64,000 bases of DNA from Thermoproteota archaeon (GTDB lineage: Archaea; Thermoproteota; Thermoprotei_A; Sulfolobales; Ignisphaeraceae), in NCBI GenBank assembly GCA_030550585.1, contig JAUQPB010000001.1:128001-192000 (forward strand), read 5' to 3'. The notes beneath the pieces were generated by a model. The model was not told the origin of the DNA. It did no database searches and saw only the letters and a program-made list of their open reading frames with translations. Numbering within the stretch: position 1 is the stretch's first letter; each line of letters opens with the position of its first letter. A program made the translations under genes and the position numbers. This document shows positions 1 through 10,443 of the stretch, piece after piece.

Positions 1-241
1 GTCTCTCTCTTTCGGCAACAGCTTTAACAGCATTAGTGTTTAGCATATCTATGACATATCTCCTGTGAGCGACATGCATTGCTGGTGCCCAGTCGTATCT
101 ATCAACAACAACCACCTCTACACCAAGTCTCTGCGCTTCTATGGCTATCTCCTTGCCTAGTTCTCCCCCACCCAAAAGCATGATCTTTATAGACTCTCCA
201 AACAATGGTGTAGACAAATACTCTCTCTTCCTATACCCCAT
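1..241 (-). CDS. purT: Formate-dependent phosphoribosylglycinamide formyltransferase (5' part; runs off window edge)
   Basis: Manual translation from ATG at 241: [59 protein letters not shown], the typical PurT N-terminus; last visible gene of the pur operon. Confidence 0.9.
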   Translation of the reverse strand, partial: MGYRKREYLSTPLFGESIKIMLLGGGELGKEIAIEAQRLGVEVVVVDRYDWAPAMHVAHRRYVIDMLNTNAVKAVAERER

Positions 242-247
242 ATAGAG

Positions 248-1747
248 TCACCTCACAAAACCAATGAGGGGGTTCTCCAATATGCCCTCACCAGGAACCC
301 AGACAAGAATCTTGCCAATCAAACCATTCTTTGCCCTAGCCATATACACTTGTCTAACTCTGTTTGCAACTCTTTTCCTATCCTCCAAGAGCTCGCTAGA
401 GCCAATATCTCTTCTGTAAAACAGTGGCCACCCATCCAATGTACTGATGTGTGTAACAGCATTTTCAGCTTTTTTGTATGCCTCTTCATAGCTATTTCCA
501 TGGCAAACAATTTCAAAGGCTCTAGAACCCTTTGTATAGAGGATCCCGTCAGACCTCATTTCAACACTTGCATACAAGGTCTCGCAACCAAGCTCCCTTA
601 TCCTAGCCTCGTCGATAGAGATTGGATGGGAGCTGGCAAGATGCTTGTTATCTGGGTATCCAGCGGGCGCAACAGCTTTGACTATTGTTACAATCTCCTC
701 GTTTATCCTGAGCTTCGCTCCTGCAAGCCTTTTCTCAGCAGCTCTATCCAAAATCTCTAGAAAGTCGCTTTCAACTATTGGAACAAGGTTAGATGCCTCG
801 GGGTCGCCAAACCTGCTGTAAAACTCTATTACTGTTGGCCCCCAAACACCTGTGAGCATCATTTGCCCGGCGAAAGCACCTATATACGGCTCTCCAACCT
901 CTTTGACCAGAGCCTTCAGAACATTCGAGACAATTTCTATGGTCTTTCTATACTCCTCATCTGTTATGAATGGCAGTACCCATCCAGGACCTTGAATGCT
1001 GCCCATACCGCCAGTCTCAGGGCCTGTATCATATTCGAAGGCATGTGGATGGTCCTGTATGAGGGGTAGCGGCAGAACTGTATCCCCATCTGTTATAACC
1101 ATTGCTGTGTATTCAACTCCTTCAACTCTCTGCTCAACAATAATCTTGTAGTCTATATCTCTATAACTGCTCATTTCATTGAATAGCTTCTCAACATAGC
1201 TTTTCTTCACCTCCGCCCTATCCCTAGAAAGATATGCCTGGGTATCTCTAACAACCTTAACACCCTTTCCACCTGCCTGTCTAGCAGGTTTTATGACGAC
1301 ATCGCCTGCAAACTCTATGAACTTCCTAGCCTCCTCGACATCCGTAAATGCCTTGAAGTATAGCCTGCCCTCAATACCATATTTCCACATGAGGGTTCTT
1401 GCAAACACCTTGCTCTTCTCGATTTCTGCACAGCGCATTGATGCTCCAAAGACTGTGAACCCCCTATCTCTTAAAGCATCTGTAACACCAGCGAACTGCG
1501 GCTCCTCGGGACCAACGACTATTAGGTCTGGGGATACCTCTTCAGCCACCCCAACAATCTTTTCAGGGCTTGTGGTAGGCGCTATGAACCACTTACCCCC
1601 AGTCTCGCTAGCTTCTCTCTCTAGACCAGGGTTTCTATAGTCCATAGCAACAAATATCCTTGGCTCTAAACCACTTCTTTTAACGAGCTTAGCTATGGCA
1701 TGTTCTCTTCCACCAGATCCTATGATGAGAACCTTCAAACTTCTCAC
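248..1747 (-). CDS. purD: Phosphoribosylamine--glycine ligase
   Basis: KVLIIGSGGREHA, VVGPE, ATP-grasp GGKGV, DTGPETGGMG, EFYSRFGDPE. Start moved to GTG 1747, which overlaps the upstream TGA. Confidence 0.95.
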   Translation of the reverse strand: MRSLKVLIIGSGGREHAIAKLVKRSGLEPRIFVAMDYRNPGLEREASETGGKWFIAPTTSPEKIVGVAEEVSPDLIVVGPEEPQFAGVTDALRDRGFTVFGASMRCAEIEKSKVFARTLMWKYGIEGRLYFKAFTDVEEARKFIEFAGDVVIKPARQAGGKGVKVVRDTQAYLSRDRAEVKKSYVEKLFNEMSSYRDIDYKIIVEQRVEGVEYTAMVITDGDTVLPLPLIQDHPHAFEYDTGPETGGMGSIQGPGWVLPFITDEEYRKTIEIVSNVLKALVKEVGEPYIGAFAGQMMLTGVWGPTVIEFYSRFGDPEASNLVPIVESDFLEILDRAAEKRLAGAKLRINEEIVTIVKAVAPAGYPDNKHLASSHPISIDEARIRELGCETLYASVEMRSDGILYTKGSRAFEIVCHGNSYEEAYKKAENAVTHISTLDGWPLFYRRDIGSSELLEDRKRVANRVRQVYMARAKNGLIGKILVWVPGEGILENPLIGFVR

Positions 1748-3021
1748 CCCCCGAAATAGTCTACACCAAAACATTTTCCACAAAATCTTATCCCAAACCT
1801 TCTAGCAACCCTATCAACATCTCCTTTCGAGAGCCAGTGAAGAGAGTCAACCTCCAAGTAGCTTTTAGCAAGCTCCTTAGACAGATTCGCCGCTAGAAGA
1901 TTCTGTACATCAAGCCTCATAACGTTGTAGGGACAGCCATGCACTAGAGGTGGAGATGCTATGAATAGGTGGATCTCTTTTACACCAACTCTGAATCTTA
2001 GGATCTGGGAAACGGTCTTCATGGTAGATCCTGTCACCATGCTGTCATCAACTATTGCAATCCTCTTGCCCTCTAGCGAGCTTCTAATAGGATTCATCTT
2101 AAGGTGTATAGCAACAATTTTTTCGAAGGGATCGCTTGCCAGCATAGATCTCCTTCTACCACCTGTAGCAACAAAGGCCATGTCAAAGGCTTTTTGAATG
2201 CTGTTTGCAAAGCCTATAGCATATGGCAAAGCCGTTTCAGGAACACCAACAACAACATCAACTTCTCTATCAAGATATTTTGCAAGTTCTGCGCCAAGAG
2301 CCTTTCTAAACTCGTAGACGCTAATGCCATGGACAATGGAGTCGTGTCGAGATAGGTAGAGAAGCTCGAAGAGACAAACCCCGCTGCAACCATTGCTGAA
2401 ATCTGTTGAAAATGTTTTGAACAGGTACCTCGATATGTAAACACCTTCTCCACATCCTAGAAACCTCTTTAAATCACCACCAAGAATATCTATAGCAACG
2501 CTTTCCGATGCTGCTATAGCCATGTCAAATCCATAGCTACCCAAAGCAAATGTTGTAAATCCTTGTGGACCCCTCCAAACAAAAACCTCTCTATCGCTTG
2601 TCAAAACCATGAGCGACGGAATTGAAACGCTGTGATCTGTCTGGAAGGTTTTTATAATATTTCTGAATGCATCAATCCTATTTCTGCTGTTCTTCAACGA
2701 AACAACCAGAGCTGATGTAAAATCGCTTATGGCGCTCCACGGCCTATCAACAATAGCGACAATTTCATAGCCATCGCTTTTCTTTACATCGAAAAGGTTC
2801 TCAGTTTGATAGCTATAGGTTGAGGCTATTGCCACATGGCTTGAAATCTTTTTTGCAACATCAATATCTTCATCTTCGTAGCATTTGAGACTATTACTCT
2901 CATTGGTGCAGACCACATAGTATTGGGAGCCTCTATGCTGTAGAGCCATCAATCCGTATCTTAGAATATTTGAGAGGTTCCAAAGCTCATCGAATGCATA
3001 GATAGTTAGGAGACCACTCAT
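1744..3021 (-). CDS. PurF paralog lacking the N-terminal catalytic Cys
   Basis: LQHRG, CLFELLYLSR, VDDSMVTGST PRPP loop and C-terminal CGKCF are present; begins MSG rather than MCG. Confidence 0.85.
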   Translation of the reverse strand: MSGLLTIYAFDELWNLSNILRYGLMALQHRGSQYYVVCTNESNSLKCYEDEDIDVAKKISSHVAIASTYSYQTENLFDVKKSDGYEIVAIVDRPWSAISDFTSALVVSLKNSRNRIDAFRNIIKTFQTDHSVSIPSLMVLTSDREVFVWRGPQGFTTFALGSYGFDMAIAASESVAIDILGGDLKRFLGCGEGVYISRYLFKTFSTDFSNGCSGVCLFELLYLSRHDSIVHGISVYEFRKALGAELAKYLDREVDVVVGVPETALPYAIGFANSIQKAFDMAFVATGGRRRSMLASDPFEKIVAIHLKMNPIRSSLEGKRIAIVDDSMVTGSTMKTVSQILRFRVGVKEIHLFIASPPLVHGCPYNVMRLDVQNLLAANLSKELAKSYLEVDSLHWLSKGDVDRVARRFGIRFCGKCFGVDYFGG

Positions 3022-3027
3022 ATCACA

Positions 3028-4416
3028 TCACCTAATAAACATCTTTTCTAGGGCATCAGCATCAAGCCCCTTGAATGGGTATAGCCCAGTGAAGCAGGCA
3101 TGACATATCAGAGGTATTCCAACAGCTTTTCTAAGCCCCTCTATAGTGTTGTATCCAACGCTATCAGCATTCAAAGCCCTTGCAATCTCGTCTAAGCCCA
3201 TTGCCCTCCAAGCCAGTAGCTGTTCTCTAGAGGCAACATCTATGCCCATGAAGCACGGGTATCTGAATGGGGGGCTGGCGACCCTTACATGCACTTCGCT
3301 AGCGCCAGCCTCCCTAAGCCTCCTCACTATACTCCGCATGGTAGTGCCCCTAACAATAGAATCGTCGATGAGAACAACCCTCCTACCACTTACAACACTC
3401 TTTATAAAACCGTATTTGAGCCTAGATATGATCTCTCTAGACCTTGGAGGCGCTATAAACCCTCTACCAACATATTTGTTAACAACAATGCCTTCCTCAA
3501 GCGGCAACCCAGAAGCTCTGCTAAAACCTATTGCAGCAGCTCTACCGCTATCAGGAACAGGAACAACAACGTCGCCCATTGCCGGAGCAGCTTTTGCAAG
3601 CTCCTCGCCCATTCTAACCCTAGCAACATAGATGCTAACCCCATTAAATACGCTATCCGGTCTAGAGAAGTAGACATATTCAAAAACGCATGGAGATATT
3701 GGGGTCGAAATTGGTGATTTGGTGAACTCGAGTGAGGAACCATCATAAGATATGATCTCGCCTGGCAAAACCTCTCTCCACCTCCACAGATGCCCGGTAA
3801 CAATGTCTAGTGCAGCTGTTTCCGACGCTACATAGAAATCGCTACCTGTATGCAATACCGCTAGGGGTCTAAACCCATGCGGATCTCTTGCAACAACAAT
3901 CCTCGGCTCAGATGTCAATACGACAATGCTGTATCCCCCAACAACATAGTGTGGAAGAACCTTCAAAGCCTCGACAACATCGTTTCCAAACTCCTTAGCC
4001 AACCTAAATAGAAATGTTGCCAAAACTTTGGCATCTCCATCAGCATCCACGATCCCGAGGAGCTTTGCCATGCTAAAAAAGTTTGCTATTGTACCATTGA
4101 AAGCAACAGCCATTTTAAAATTCTCATCGCCTACTAGAATTGGCTGGGCCTGCGAGTCGAGGTATCCACCAGATGTGGAGTACCTTACATGCCCTATACC
4201 CCCAACAATCTCGTCGACACTTCTTAACTGTGAGATTTTCTCATTGTTTAGAGCCTCTACAACAAGTCCTTTCCCCACCACCCTATGTATTTCGCCACCT
4301 CTTGTAGCAACAACTATACCGGCTGACTCCTGCCCCCTATGCTGAAGTTCTATGAGAAGGGATAGAATTGTTGTTATTACATCACCTGAACCCATATAGC
4401 CAGCTATTCCACACAT
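3028..4416 (-). CDS. purF: Amidophosphoribosyltransferase
   Basis: MCGI N-terminal nucleophile, LQHRGQESAG, GHVRYST, CVFEYVYFSRPDS, IDDSIVRGTT, Fe-S cysteines. Confidence 0.97.
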   Translation of the reverse strand: MCGIAGYMGSGDVITTILSLLIELQHRGQESAGIVVATRGGEIHRVVGKGLVVEALNNEKISQLRSVDEIVGGIGHVRYSTSGGYLDSQAQPILVGDENFKMAVAFNGTIANFFSMAKLLGIVDADGDAKVLATFLFRLAKEFGNDVVEALKVLPHYVVGGYSIVVLTSEPRIVVARDPHGFRPLAVLHTGSDFYVASETAALDIVTGHLWRWREVLPGEIISYDGSSLEFTKSPISTPISPCVFEYVYFSRPDSVFNGVSIYVARVRMGEELAKAAPAMGDVVVPVPDSGRAAAIGFSRASGLPLEEGIVVNKYVGRGFIAPPRSREIISRLKYGFIKSVVSGRRVVLIDDSIVRGTTMRSIVRRLREAGASEVHVRVASPPFRYPCFMGIDVASREQLLAWRAMGLDEIARALNADSVGYNTIEGLRKAVGIPLICHACFTGLYPFKGLDADALEKMFIR

Positions 4417-6621
4417 CTATGCCTCGCCCTCTAGCTCCACTTCCAATGAATTGTTGTACACATCAGCAACTCTATCCAAATCTATCTCTACAACAGTCTT
4501 AGAATTGCTTGTTATTACAATCCTATTGGAGTCGACAACCCTGCCAATAATACTGAACCTAACATTCATGCTCCTCGCCAATTTGGTGAATTCGTCAACT
4601 CTATCTCCTCTAACCTCAACAACATATCTTGCTTGAGTTTCTGAGAAAAGCAACTCATCTATTCTCTGAACACCCCTAGCATAGATATTTGCAACATCGA
4701 TGCTAAATCCGAGTCTGCCCATGATAGCCATTTCAGCCAAGGACGCTATAAGCCCTCCTACACCAATATCGTGAACTGCGTTGACTAGTCCAAGTCTTAT
4801 AGCTTTTTGTATCAACCTAGCATTCCTGATTTCTGACACAGGCCTTGGTCTAGGTATCTCACCCTCTTCAATTCCAAACAATCTATAGAGGTATTCGCTC
4901 CCACCTAACTCAGGGTATGTAACACCTATAATGGCTATGGCTGATCCATGTTCTTTGAATTCAACGGTCATTGCTTTGGATATGTCGTCTACCCTACCAA
5001 CTCCAACTATAGTTGTTGTCGGCTTTACCTGTCTCCCCATATGATCCTCGTTATAGAAGCTTACCTTGCCGCCAACAACAGGCAGTCTAAGCTCTTCAGC
5101 CATCCATGCAACGCCCTTCAACATCATCTCGAAGTACCAGAACTGCTCTGGCTTCTCAGGGTTGCCAGCATTGAGTTCATCAACTATTGCAATCGGCTTA
5201 GAACCAACAGCGACTAGGTTTCTAAAGCACTCTCCAACAGAATTGGCTGCTCCGTTGAATGGATCCAGAGATGTGTATCTGGGATTTGCATCACCTTTTA
5301 CAGCAACACCCCTTCTACTACCGTCCAACAGCCTCAAAACAGCTGCATCACCATAGCCAGGCTTTACAACAGTTCTAATACCGACTTCATGGTCGTATTG
5401 CTGGTATATCCACCTTTTAGAGGCTATGTTGGGGGACGCAAGAAGCTTTAGAATAGCCTCTTCATATTTGGGCTCCGGGGGAAGGACAAAAATTGGTTTT
5501 AGTCCCTTTAAAGCATCTTGCGGAGGAGTTGAAGCCCTTCTAATCGGTCTGGGTCTTGCAAGCTCTTTTGCAGGTACCTCAGCAACCTTGTTACCATTGA
5601 AATAGACCCTTATAATCCCGTCGTCTGTGAAATACCCTATGATGCTGTATTGCAGATCAAATCTTTTGAGAATCTCTTCAACGGTTCTGGAATTGGATGG
5701 ATCGACAACTATCAGCATTCTCTCTTGGCTTTCGGAAACGAGGAGCTCTAGGGGGCTCAGCTTCTCTCTTGTATGAAGCTTCTCAAGGTGTACAACTGCT
5801 CCGAGACCATGGTCGGCAGCAGTCTCGCTTATAGCTGTTGTTAATCCGCCTCCACCAAGATCTTTAATGTACCTAACAAGCTTTTTGCTAACTAAAAACT
5901 GTAGAGCGTCTATGAGAAGCTTCTCTGTGAGAGGATCACCAACTTGAACAGCCCCGATATCCTTGTCTCTATCCTCAGAGAGGGGCTTTGAAGCAAAGCT
6001 GCTGCCAAGTATCCCATCTCTTCCAGTAGCATTGCCAGCAATTATGATGAGGTCTCCAGGCTTTGGAGCCCCTAGCACAAGGTCGTCGATATTTGCTACG
6101 CCAACGCATGCCACATTGACTAGAGGCTGTGTATTGAATGAGCTGTCGAACCATGTGTCGCCGGCTACGGTTGGAATTCCTATCCTATTTCCATAGTCGC
6201 TAATACCCTTGACAATGCCTCTGATCAGCCAATTTGCGTGAGGGTCTCTGGGGTCGCCCATGTAGAGCATGTCTAAAAGCGCTATAGGTTTTGCACCAAG
6301 GGATAGAATGTCCCTTACTATCCCTCCAACCCCTGTTGCCGCTCCATCGTACGGATCTACAGCCGATGGATGGTTATGGCTCTCAATTTTGAAGACTATG
6401 GCGTAGTCTCTGAAAATCTTTACAGCTGGCGCATCTTTTCCAGGGCCGACAAGAACATGTTTTCCATCTGTTGGAAGAAGCTTCAAAAGGATTCTGCTGC
6501 TTTTATATGAGCAGTGCTCACTCCACTGGGCCTCAAACATTGCCAGTTCTTCTACTGTAGGCTCTCTCCCAAGAATTTTTCTAATCTCATCTATCTCCTC
6601 ATTTGTTAGGGGCATTACCAC
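4417..6621 (-). CDS. purL: FGAM synthase subunit PurL
   Basis: WSEHCSYKSS, KIESHNHPS, GAATGVGG, DLGGGG, SESQERM, QYDHEVG. Confidence 0.97.
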   Translation of the reverse strand: MVMPLTNEEIDEIRKILGREPTVEELAMFEAQWSEHCSYKSSRILLKLLPTDGKHVLVGPGKDAPAVKIFRDYAIVFKIESHNHPSAVDPYDGAATGVGGIVRDILSLGAKPIALLDMLYMGDPRDPHANWLIRGIVKGISDYGNRIGIPTVAGDTWFDSSFNTQPLVNVACVGVANIDDLVLGAPKPGDLIIIAGNATGRDGILGSSFASKPLSEDRDKDIGAVQVGDPLTEKLLIDALQFLVSKKLVRYIKDLGGGGLTTAISETAADHGLGAVVHLEKLHTREKLSPLELLVSESQERMLIVVDPSNSRTVEEILKRFDLQYSIIGYFTDDGIIRVYFNGNKVAEVPAKELARPRPIRRASTPPQDALKGLKPIFVLPPEPKYEEAILKLLASPNIASKRWIYQQYDHEVGIRTVVKPGYGDAAVLRLLDGSRRGVAVKGDANPRYTSLDPFNGAANSVGECFRNLVAVGSKPIAIVDELNAGNPEKPEQFWYFEMMLKGVAWMAEELRLPVVGGKVSFYNEDHMGRQVKPTTTIVGVGRVDDISKAMTVEFKEHGSAIAIIGVTYPELGGSEYLYRLFGIEEGEIPRPRPVSEIRNARLIQKAIRLGLVNAVHDIGVGGLIASLAEMAIMGRLGFSIDVANIYARGVQRIDELLFSETQARYVVEVRGDRVDEFTKLARSMNVRFSIIGRVVDSNRIVITSNSKTVVEIDLDRVADVYNNSLEVELEGEA

Positions 6622-7304
6622 CCCCTCTTAAGGGAATGTGCTATACTCTCAAATATTATCCTCCCACCTGTCTTGAACCCCCTCGGCGCTAGAAAATCCT
6701 CTGAGGCTCTTTCGGGATGGGGCATTAGACCAAGGATCATACCGTCTTCTGTAGCTATTCCCGCAATGTCGTAGAGACTCCCATTTAGATTGAAGCCTGG
6801 TAGATACCTTATAATCGGAGATGTCTTGACCAACACACTATATGACTCGTTATCTATGTAGTACCTTCCTTCCGCATGTGCAATAGGCATGTCAAGTGTC
6901 TGACCATCGCTGACTAGGCTGAGCCACGGTCCCTTAGGATTCTCAACACGTGTCCTAACCCATCTACACACAAACTTGCTTGACTCGTTTAGCAGTAAAG
7001 CGCCTGGGAGTAGACCTGCTTCCACAAGAATTTGAAAACCGTTGCAAATGCCTAGCACGGGCACCCCACTAGATCTGGCGTTACCAAGCTCTTCTACAGC
7101 ATTTGTTCTAGCTGCTATGGCACCTGCTCTTAGCCAATCGCCATAGCTAAAGCCGCCCGGTATTATAATCGCATCCCAATCCTTGAGCACAAAGTCTTTG
7201 TACCATACAATAGAAGATTCAATACCTATAACATTTCTCAGAACATGGTGAACATCTTCGTCGCAATTTGTTCCAGGAAACTTCAAAATGGCTACCCTAG
7301 GCAT
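6615..7304 (-). CDS. purQ: FGAM synthase glutaminase subunit
   Basis: FPGTNC, PGGFSYGD, GICNGFQ, MPHPER. Confidence 0.97.
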   Translation of the reverse strand: MPRVAILKFPGTNCDEDVHHVLRNVIGIESSIVWYKDFVLKDWDAIIIPGGFSYGDWLRAGAIAARTNAVEELGNARSSGVPVLGICNGFQILVEAGLLPGALLLNESSKFVCRWVRTRVENPKGPWLSLVSDGQTLDMPIAHAEGRYYIDNESYSVLVKTSPIIRYLPGFNLNGSLYDIAGIATEDGMILGLMPHPERASEDFLAPRGFKTGGRIIFESIAHSLKRGW

Positions 7305-7554
7305 GGACCCTCAGCTCTATGTCGTGTACAACTGGATTGTATATTCTAAGTTTTTCACAGAGCTCCTTGACTATCTTCACAGCCTCTTCAGCATTCTCAG
7401 CATTAACCTCCAGCAATAGGTACTTTCCAGTTCTAACTCTTGAAACCATTGAATAGCCTCTCCTCAGTATCAAATGCTTGTGTATAGTCTCTCCCTCTGG
7501 GTCCCTAACCCCCTTCTTATTTGTTATGATTACCTCAATAAGATGCGTAGACAT
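7297..7554 (-). CDS. purS: FGAM synthase subunit PurS
   Basis: 85 aa, VRDPEGETI, GK and NPV motifs; between purC and purQ. Confidence 0.93.
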   Translation of the reverse strand: MSTHLIEVIITNKKGVRDPEGETIHKHLILRRGYSMVSRVRTGKYLLLEVNAENAEEAVKIVKELCEKLRIYNPVVHDIELRVHA

Positions 7555-8266
7555 CGTCTATCCTCACCCCAACAACCTCAGCAAGACGAAGATAGACTTT
7601 TAGAAGAAGACCAACATCTCTAGTCCTTCTAAAAATCTCTTTATCAAGATGATTATTGTTCTCGTCAACAACTCTGAATGTATCTCCAGAAATTTCGTCA
7701 GCCAGAATTATTTCCCCAGATCTAGACCTGCCAAACTCGAGCTTTATGTCGATGAATCTAAGGTTTTTTGACTCGAAGAACTTAGTTAAAATCTCGTTTA
7801 CTCTTAGGCTAACACCCTTTATAGTTTCGATATCACGAGCGTCTAGAATTCCTGTCCGTATAGCATCCTCCTCCAAGATAAGCGGGTCGTGCAGATCATC
7901 ATCTTTGTAATGAAATTCTATGAGAGGTGGCTCAAGTTTTTGCATAGGTTTGTAAAGAGGCATTCTCCTGATTAGAGAGCCATAAGCATAGTTTCTGATT
8001 ATAACCTCTAGAGGTATAATCTCAAGTCTTCTGACCTTAATTCTTCTCGAACCATCATAGTCTATGAAATGAGTTTTAATTCCAGCATTTTCAAGAAGTT
8101 TAAAGAAAAACACAGATATTCTAGCAGCTAGAACACCCTTGCCTAGGGCAACAGCCTTCACGAGACCGTCAGCAGCTGTAACATCATCTTTAAACTCCAT
8201 CACAAGAGTATCTTCATCAACAGCATAAACGCGTTTGCTCTTACCTTCATAGATAAGCTGTAGCAT
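7535..8266 (-). CDS. purC: SAICAR synthase
   Basis: YEGKSK, FKDDVTA, PLEVIIRN, DIKLEFG, LADEISGD. Start trimmed to ATG 8266. Confidence 0.95.
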   Translation of the reverse strand: MLQLIYEGKSKRVYAVDEDTLVMEFKDDVTAADGLVKAVALGKGVLAARISVFFFKLLENAGIKTHFIDYDGSRRIKVRRLEIIPLEVIIRNYAYGSLIRRMPLYKPMQKLEPPLIEFHYKDDDLHDPLILEEDAIRTGILDARDIETIKGVSLRVNEILTKFFESKNLRFIDIKLEFGRSRSGEIILADEISGDTFRVVDENNNHLDKEIFRRTRDVGLLLKVYLRLAEVVGVRIDDVYASY

Positions 8267-8482
8267 CGACACTTTAACCACATTTACTTTAATCGTGTAA
8301 TACTCTATATAAACCCCACGTTTACATATCCCAAAATATTTATACATAAACTATGCAAACATTGGTTTATATCATACTTTTGTTCGCAGCCTATATAACC
8401 TATTAGCTGTTTATATTAAATGAAACGCATGCTTCATAGTAGACCTTATTAAAACTAGAGTCTGTAACTTCTATATTGAGGT

Positions 8483-10276
8483 GTGAAAATGAGAAATGCT
8501 ACAAAAACTCTGTTGGGCCTGCTCTTCATAGTAATGGCTGGCCTAGCAATAATGCCGCAATTTGGACCACTGCCAGCATTTGCAGCTACGCAACAAGCTG
8601 GCCAAGCAAATGCCACTATAACCGCTAACGTCTCTTATCAAGTGCTTTTGGCAAAAGCAATTATACTTAGAGAGATGCTCGGCAAGGCACAGTCTCTGAA
8701 TATATCTGCCGAGCTTAAATCAGAGATATCAGCGCTTCTAGCTGTTAACATCTCCCAGCTACCTGCTGATGAGCTTACGGTGTGGGTTGCCAACGCATCT
8801 AAGGCTCTTGCAGATATCAATAAGGAGATTAGAGTAGGTGGAAAGGCATATGCCGTTGGAGTTGCTCTGGAGAGGTTCATGAATGGGCTTAGAATAGCTG
8901 TTGAGAATAGGGTTAGAGAATTTGAGAAGAGATACAATATTACATTCCCTGTTGAGAGCGTACTAGCCAACATGTCGAGGGCTAGGGACATCAGAGAGTT
9001 CAACAGGTATCTAGAGGAGCTTAGAAAACAGTTTGAGTATGAAAAGATGGATAGATTCGCCAATGCAACACTGAATATAGCGTCTATGGAGCTTTCCAGG
9101 GGTACAACAAAGGACTTGGAGAATTCTTTGAAGCATCTAGATATAGCTATAGCCATTCTAAACAGAACCGTTGAGAGGCTTGAAAAAGCCAATGTATCCG
9201 AGACAACTGTACAGGCACTTAGATTGGCTATCAGCAAAGTTGTTGAAGCTAGAAATATTGTTGCCAACATCTCTAAGCAGATAGCTGTTGAGAAACCTGC
9301 AAACATTAGCAAAGCTATCTCAAGGATTGTCGAAAACAAGACTGAAGAGGCTTTGGAGGAGCTGGAGGAGCTAGAAACCAAGTTGCAGAGCCTGAAGAAC
9401 ATATCTATGGAGGTCAACGCAACTTCTATCATGAAACAAGTAGACGAGCTTTTGCAGAAAGTCGATGAGCTGAAGCAGAGAATTGCCAATGCAAGTGTAG
9501 AGGATTTGGCTAGGTGGATGCCGGAGCTAGCCGAGATAAAAGCTATGGTCAAAATCATTAGAGAGTCTTTAGAAGGAAAACCAGTGATGCCAAATATAGA
9601 GATACCAAAGATACTGCCAGTAAGAGACGTTGAGAAGGCCTACAACATAACTATTGAGAAAGCCAAGGAGTTGTTATCTGAGGTGAAGAAGATGTACAGC
9701 TACATAGTAAACAACACAAAGGGTGGTACCATGTGCATACAGACATATCCACTACCACCATTCTGCAGATTCATGAACGCCAACTTCATGAAGTGGGTAG
9801 AGAACGCTATCAACATGTCAGAGGATCTCATCAACGAAGCTGTTAAACAGTATAGCGCAGGCAACAATTTGACTGCACTAATACTTGCAAATAGAGCCTA
9901 TGCAATGCTACAAATGGTCAAAGCACAACTAGAGCCCTTGTACAACATGCTCATCAGAACCTCCAAAGAGACCACAACACCTGTGCAGATCACCTCCATA
10001 GAGGTCGAAGAGGCAAGGTTAGAACATGTCAAAGGCTATAACTATGAGCTTACCCTAAAAATTAAAAACAATGGAAATAGCACAGTCAAGATATTGAGTG
10101 TAGGTATTATGATGCCAGGAATTCCACCAAAAATTGTGAATGCAGATATTGGTCCAGGGGCTGAAAAAACAATAACAGTTAGCATAACCATCATCCCATC
10201 GCTATCAGAGAAAACCGTAGACGTCGTCATAATGACGTCAGCAGGAATGATAACTACTACTGCCGAGGTAGAGTAG
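8483..10276 (+). CDS. Secreted/surface coiled-coil glycoprotein with C-terminal beta-sandwich-like domain
   Basis: Basic-hydrophobic signal peptide ending AFA, long helical heptad-like body, about 20 N-X-S/T sequons, beta-rich C-terminus (LKIKNNG...ITVSI). Confidence 0.75.
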   Translation: MKMRNATKTLLGLLFIVMAGLAIMPQFGPLPAFAATQQAGQANATITANVSYQVLLAKAIILREMLGKAQSLNISAELKSEISALLAVNISQLPADELTVWVANASKALADINKEIRVGGKAYAVGVALERFMNGLRIAVENRVREFEKRYNITFPVESVLANMSRARDIREFNRYLEELRKQFEYEKMDRFANATLNIASMELSRGTTKDLENSLKHLDIAIAILNRTVERLEKANVSETTVQALRLAISKVVEARNIVANISKQIAVEKPANISKAISRIVENKTEEALEELEELETKLQSLKNISMEVNATSIMKQVDELLQKVDELKQRIANASVEDLARWMPELAEIKAMVKIIRESLEGKPVMPNIEIPKILPVRDVEKAYNITIEKAKELLSEVKKMYSYIVNNTKGGTMCIQTYPLPPFCRFMNANFMKWVENAINMSEDLINEAVKQYSAGNNLTALILANRAYAMLQMVKAQLEPLYNMLIRTSKETTTPVQITSIEVEEARLEHVKGYNYELTLKIKNNGNSTVKILSVGIMMPGIPPKIVNADIGPGAEKTITVSITIIPSLSEKTVDVVIMTSAGMITTTAEVE

Positions 10277-10443
10277 TAGCACAGCAAAAACATATGAATT
10301 AAATGAATTAAAATCAATTCCTTTTTTATCTCCTATTCACATTACTGCCTTAGTCTATCGGATTTTTAAAGAGTGCTGAAAATGTGTGCTTAGCTTATTT
10401 TCTGTGTTTATCAGAATTTTTGTAGTCTCCACGTATTTGGCTG

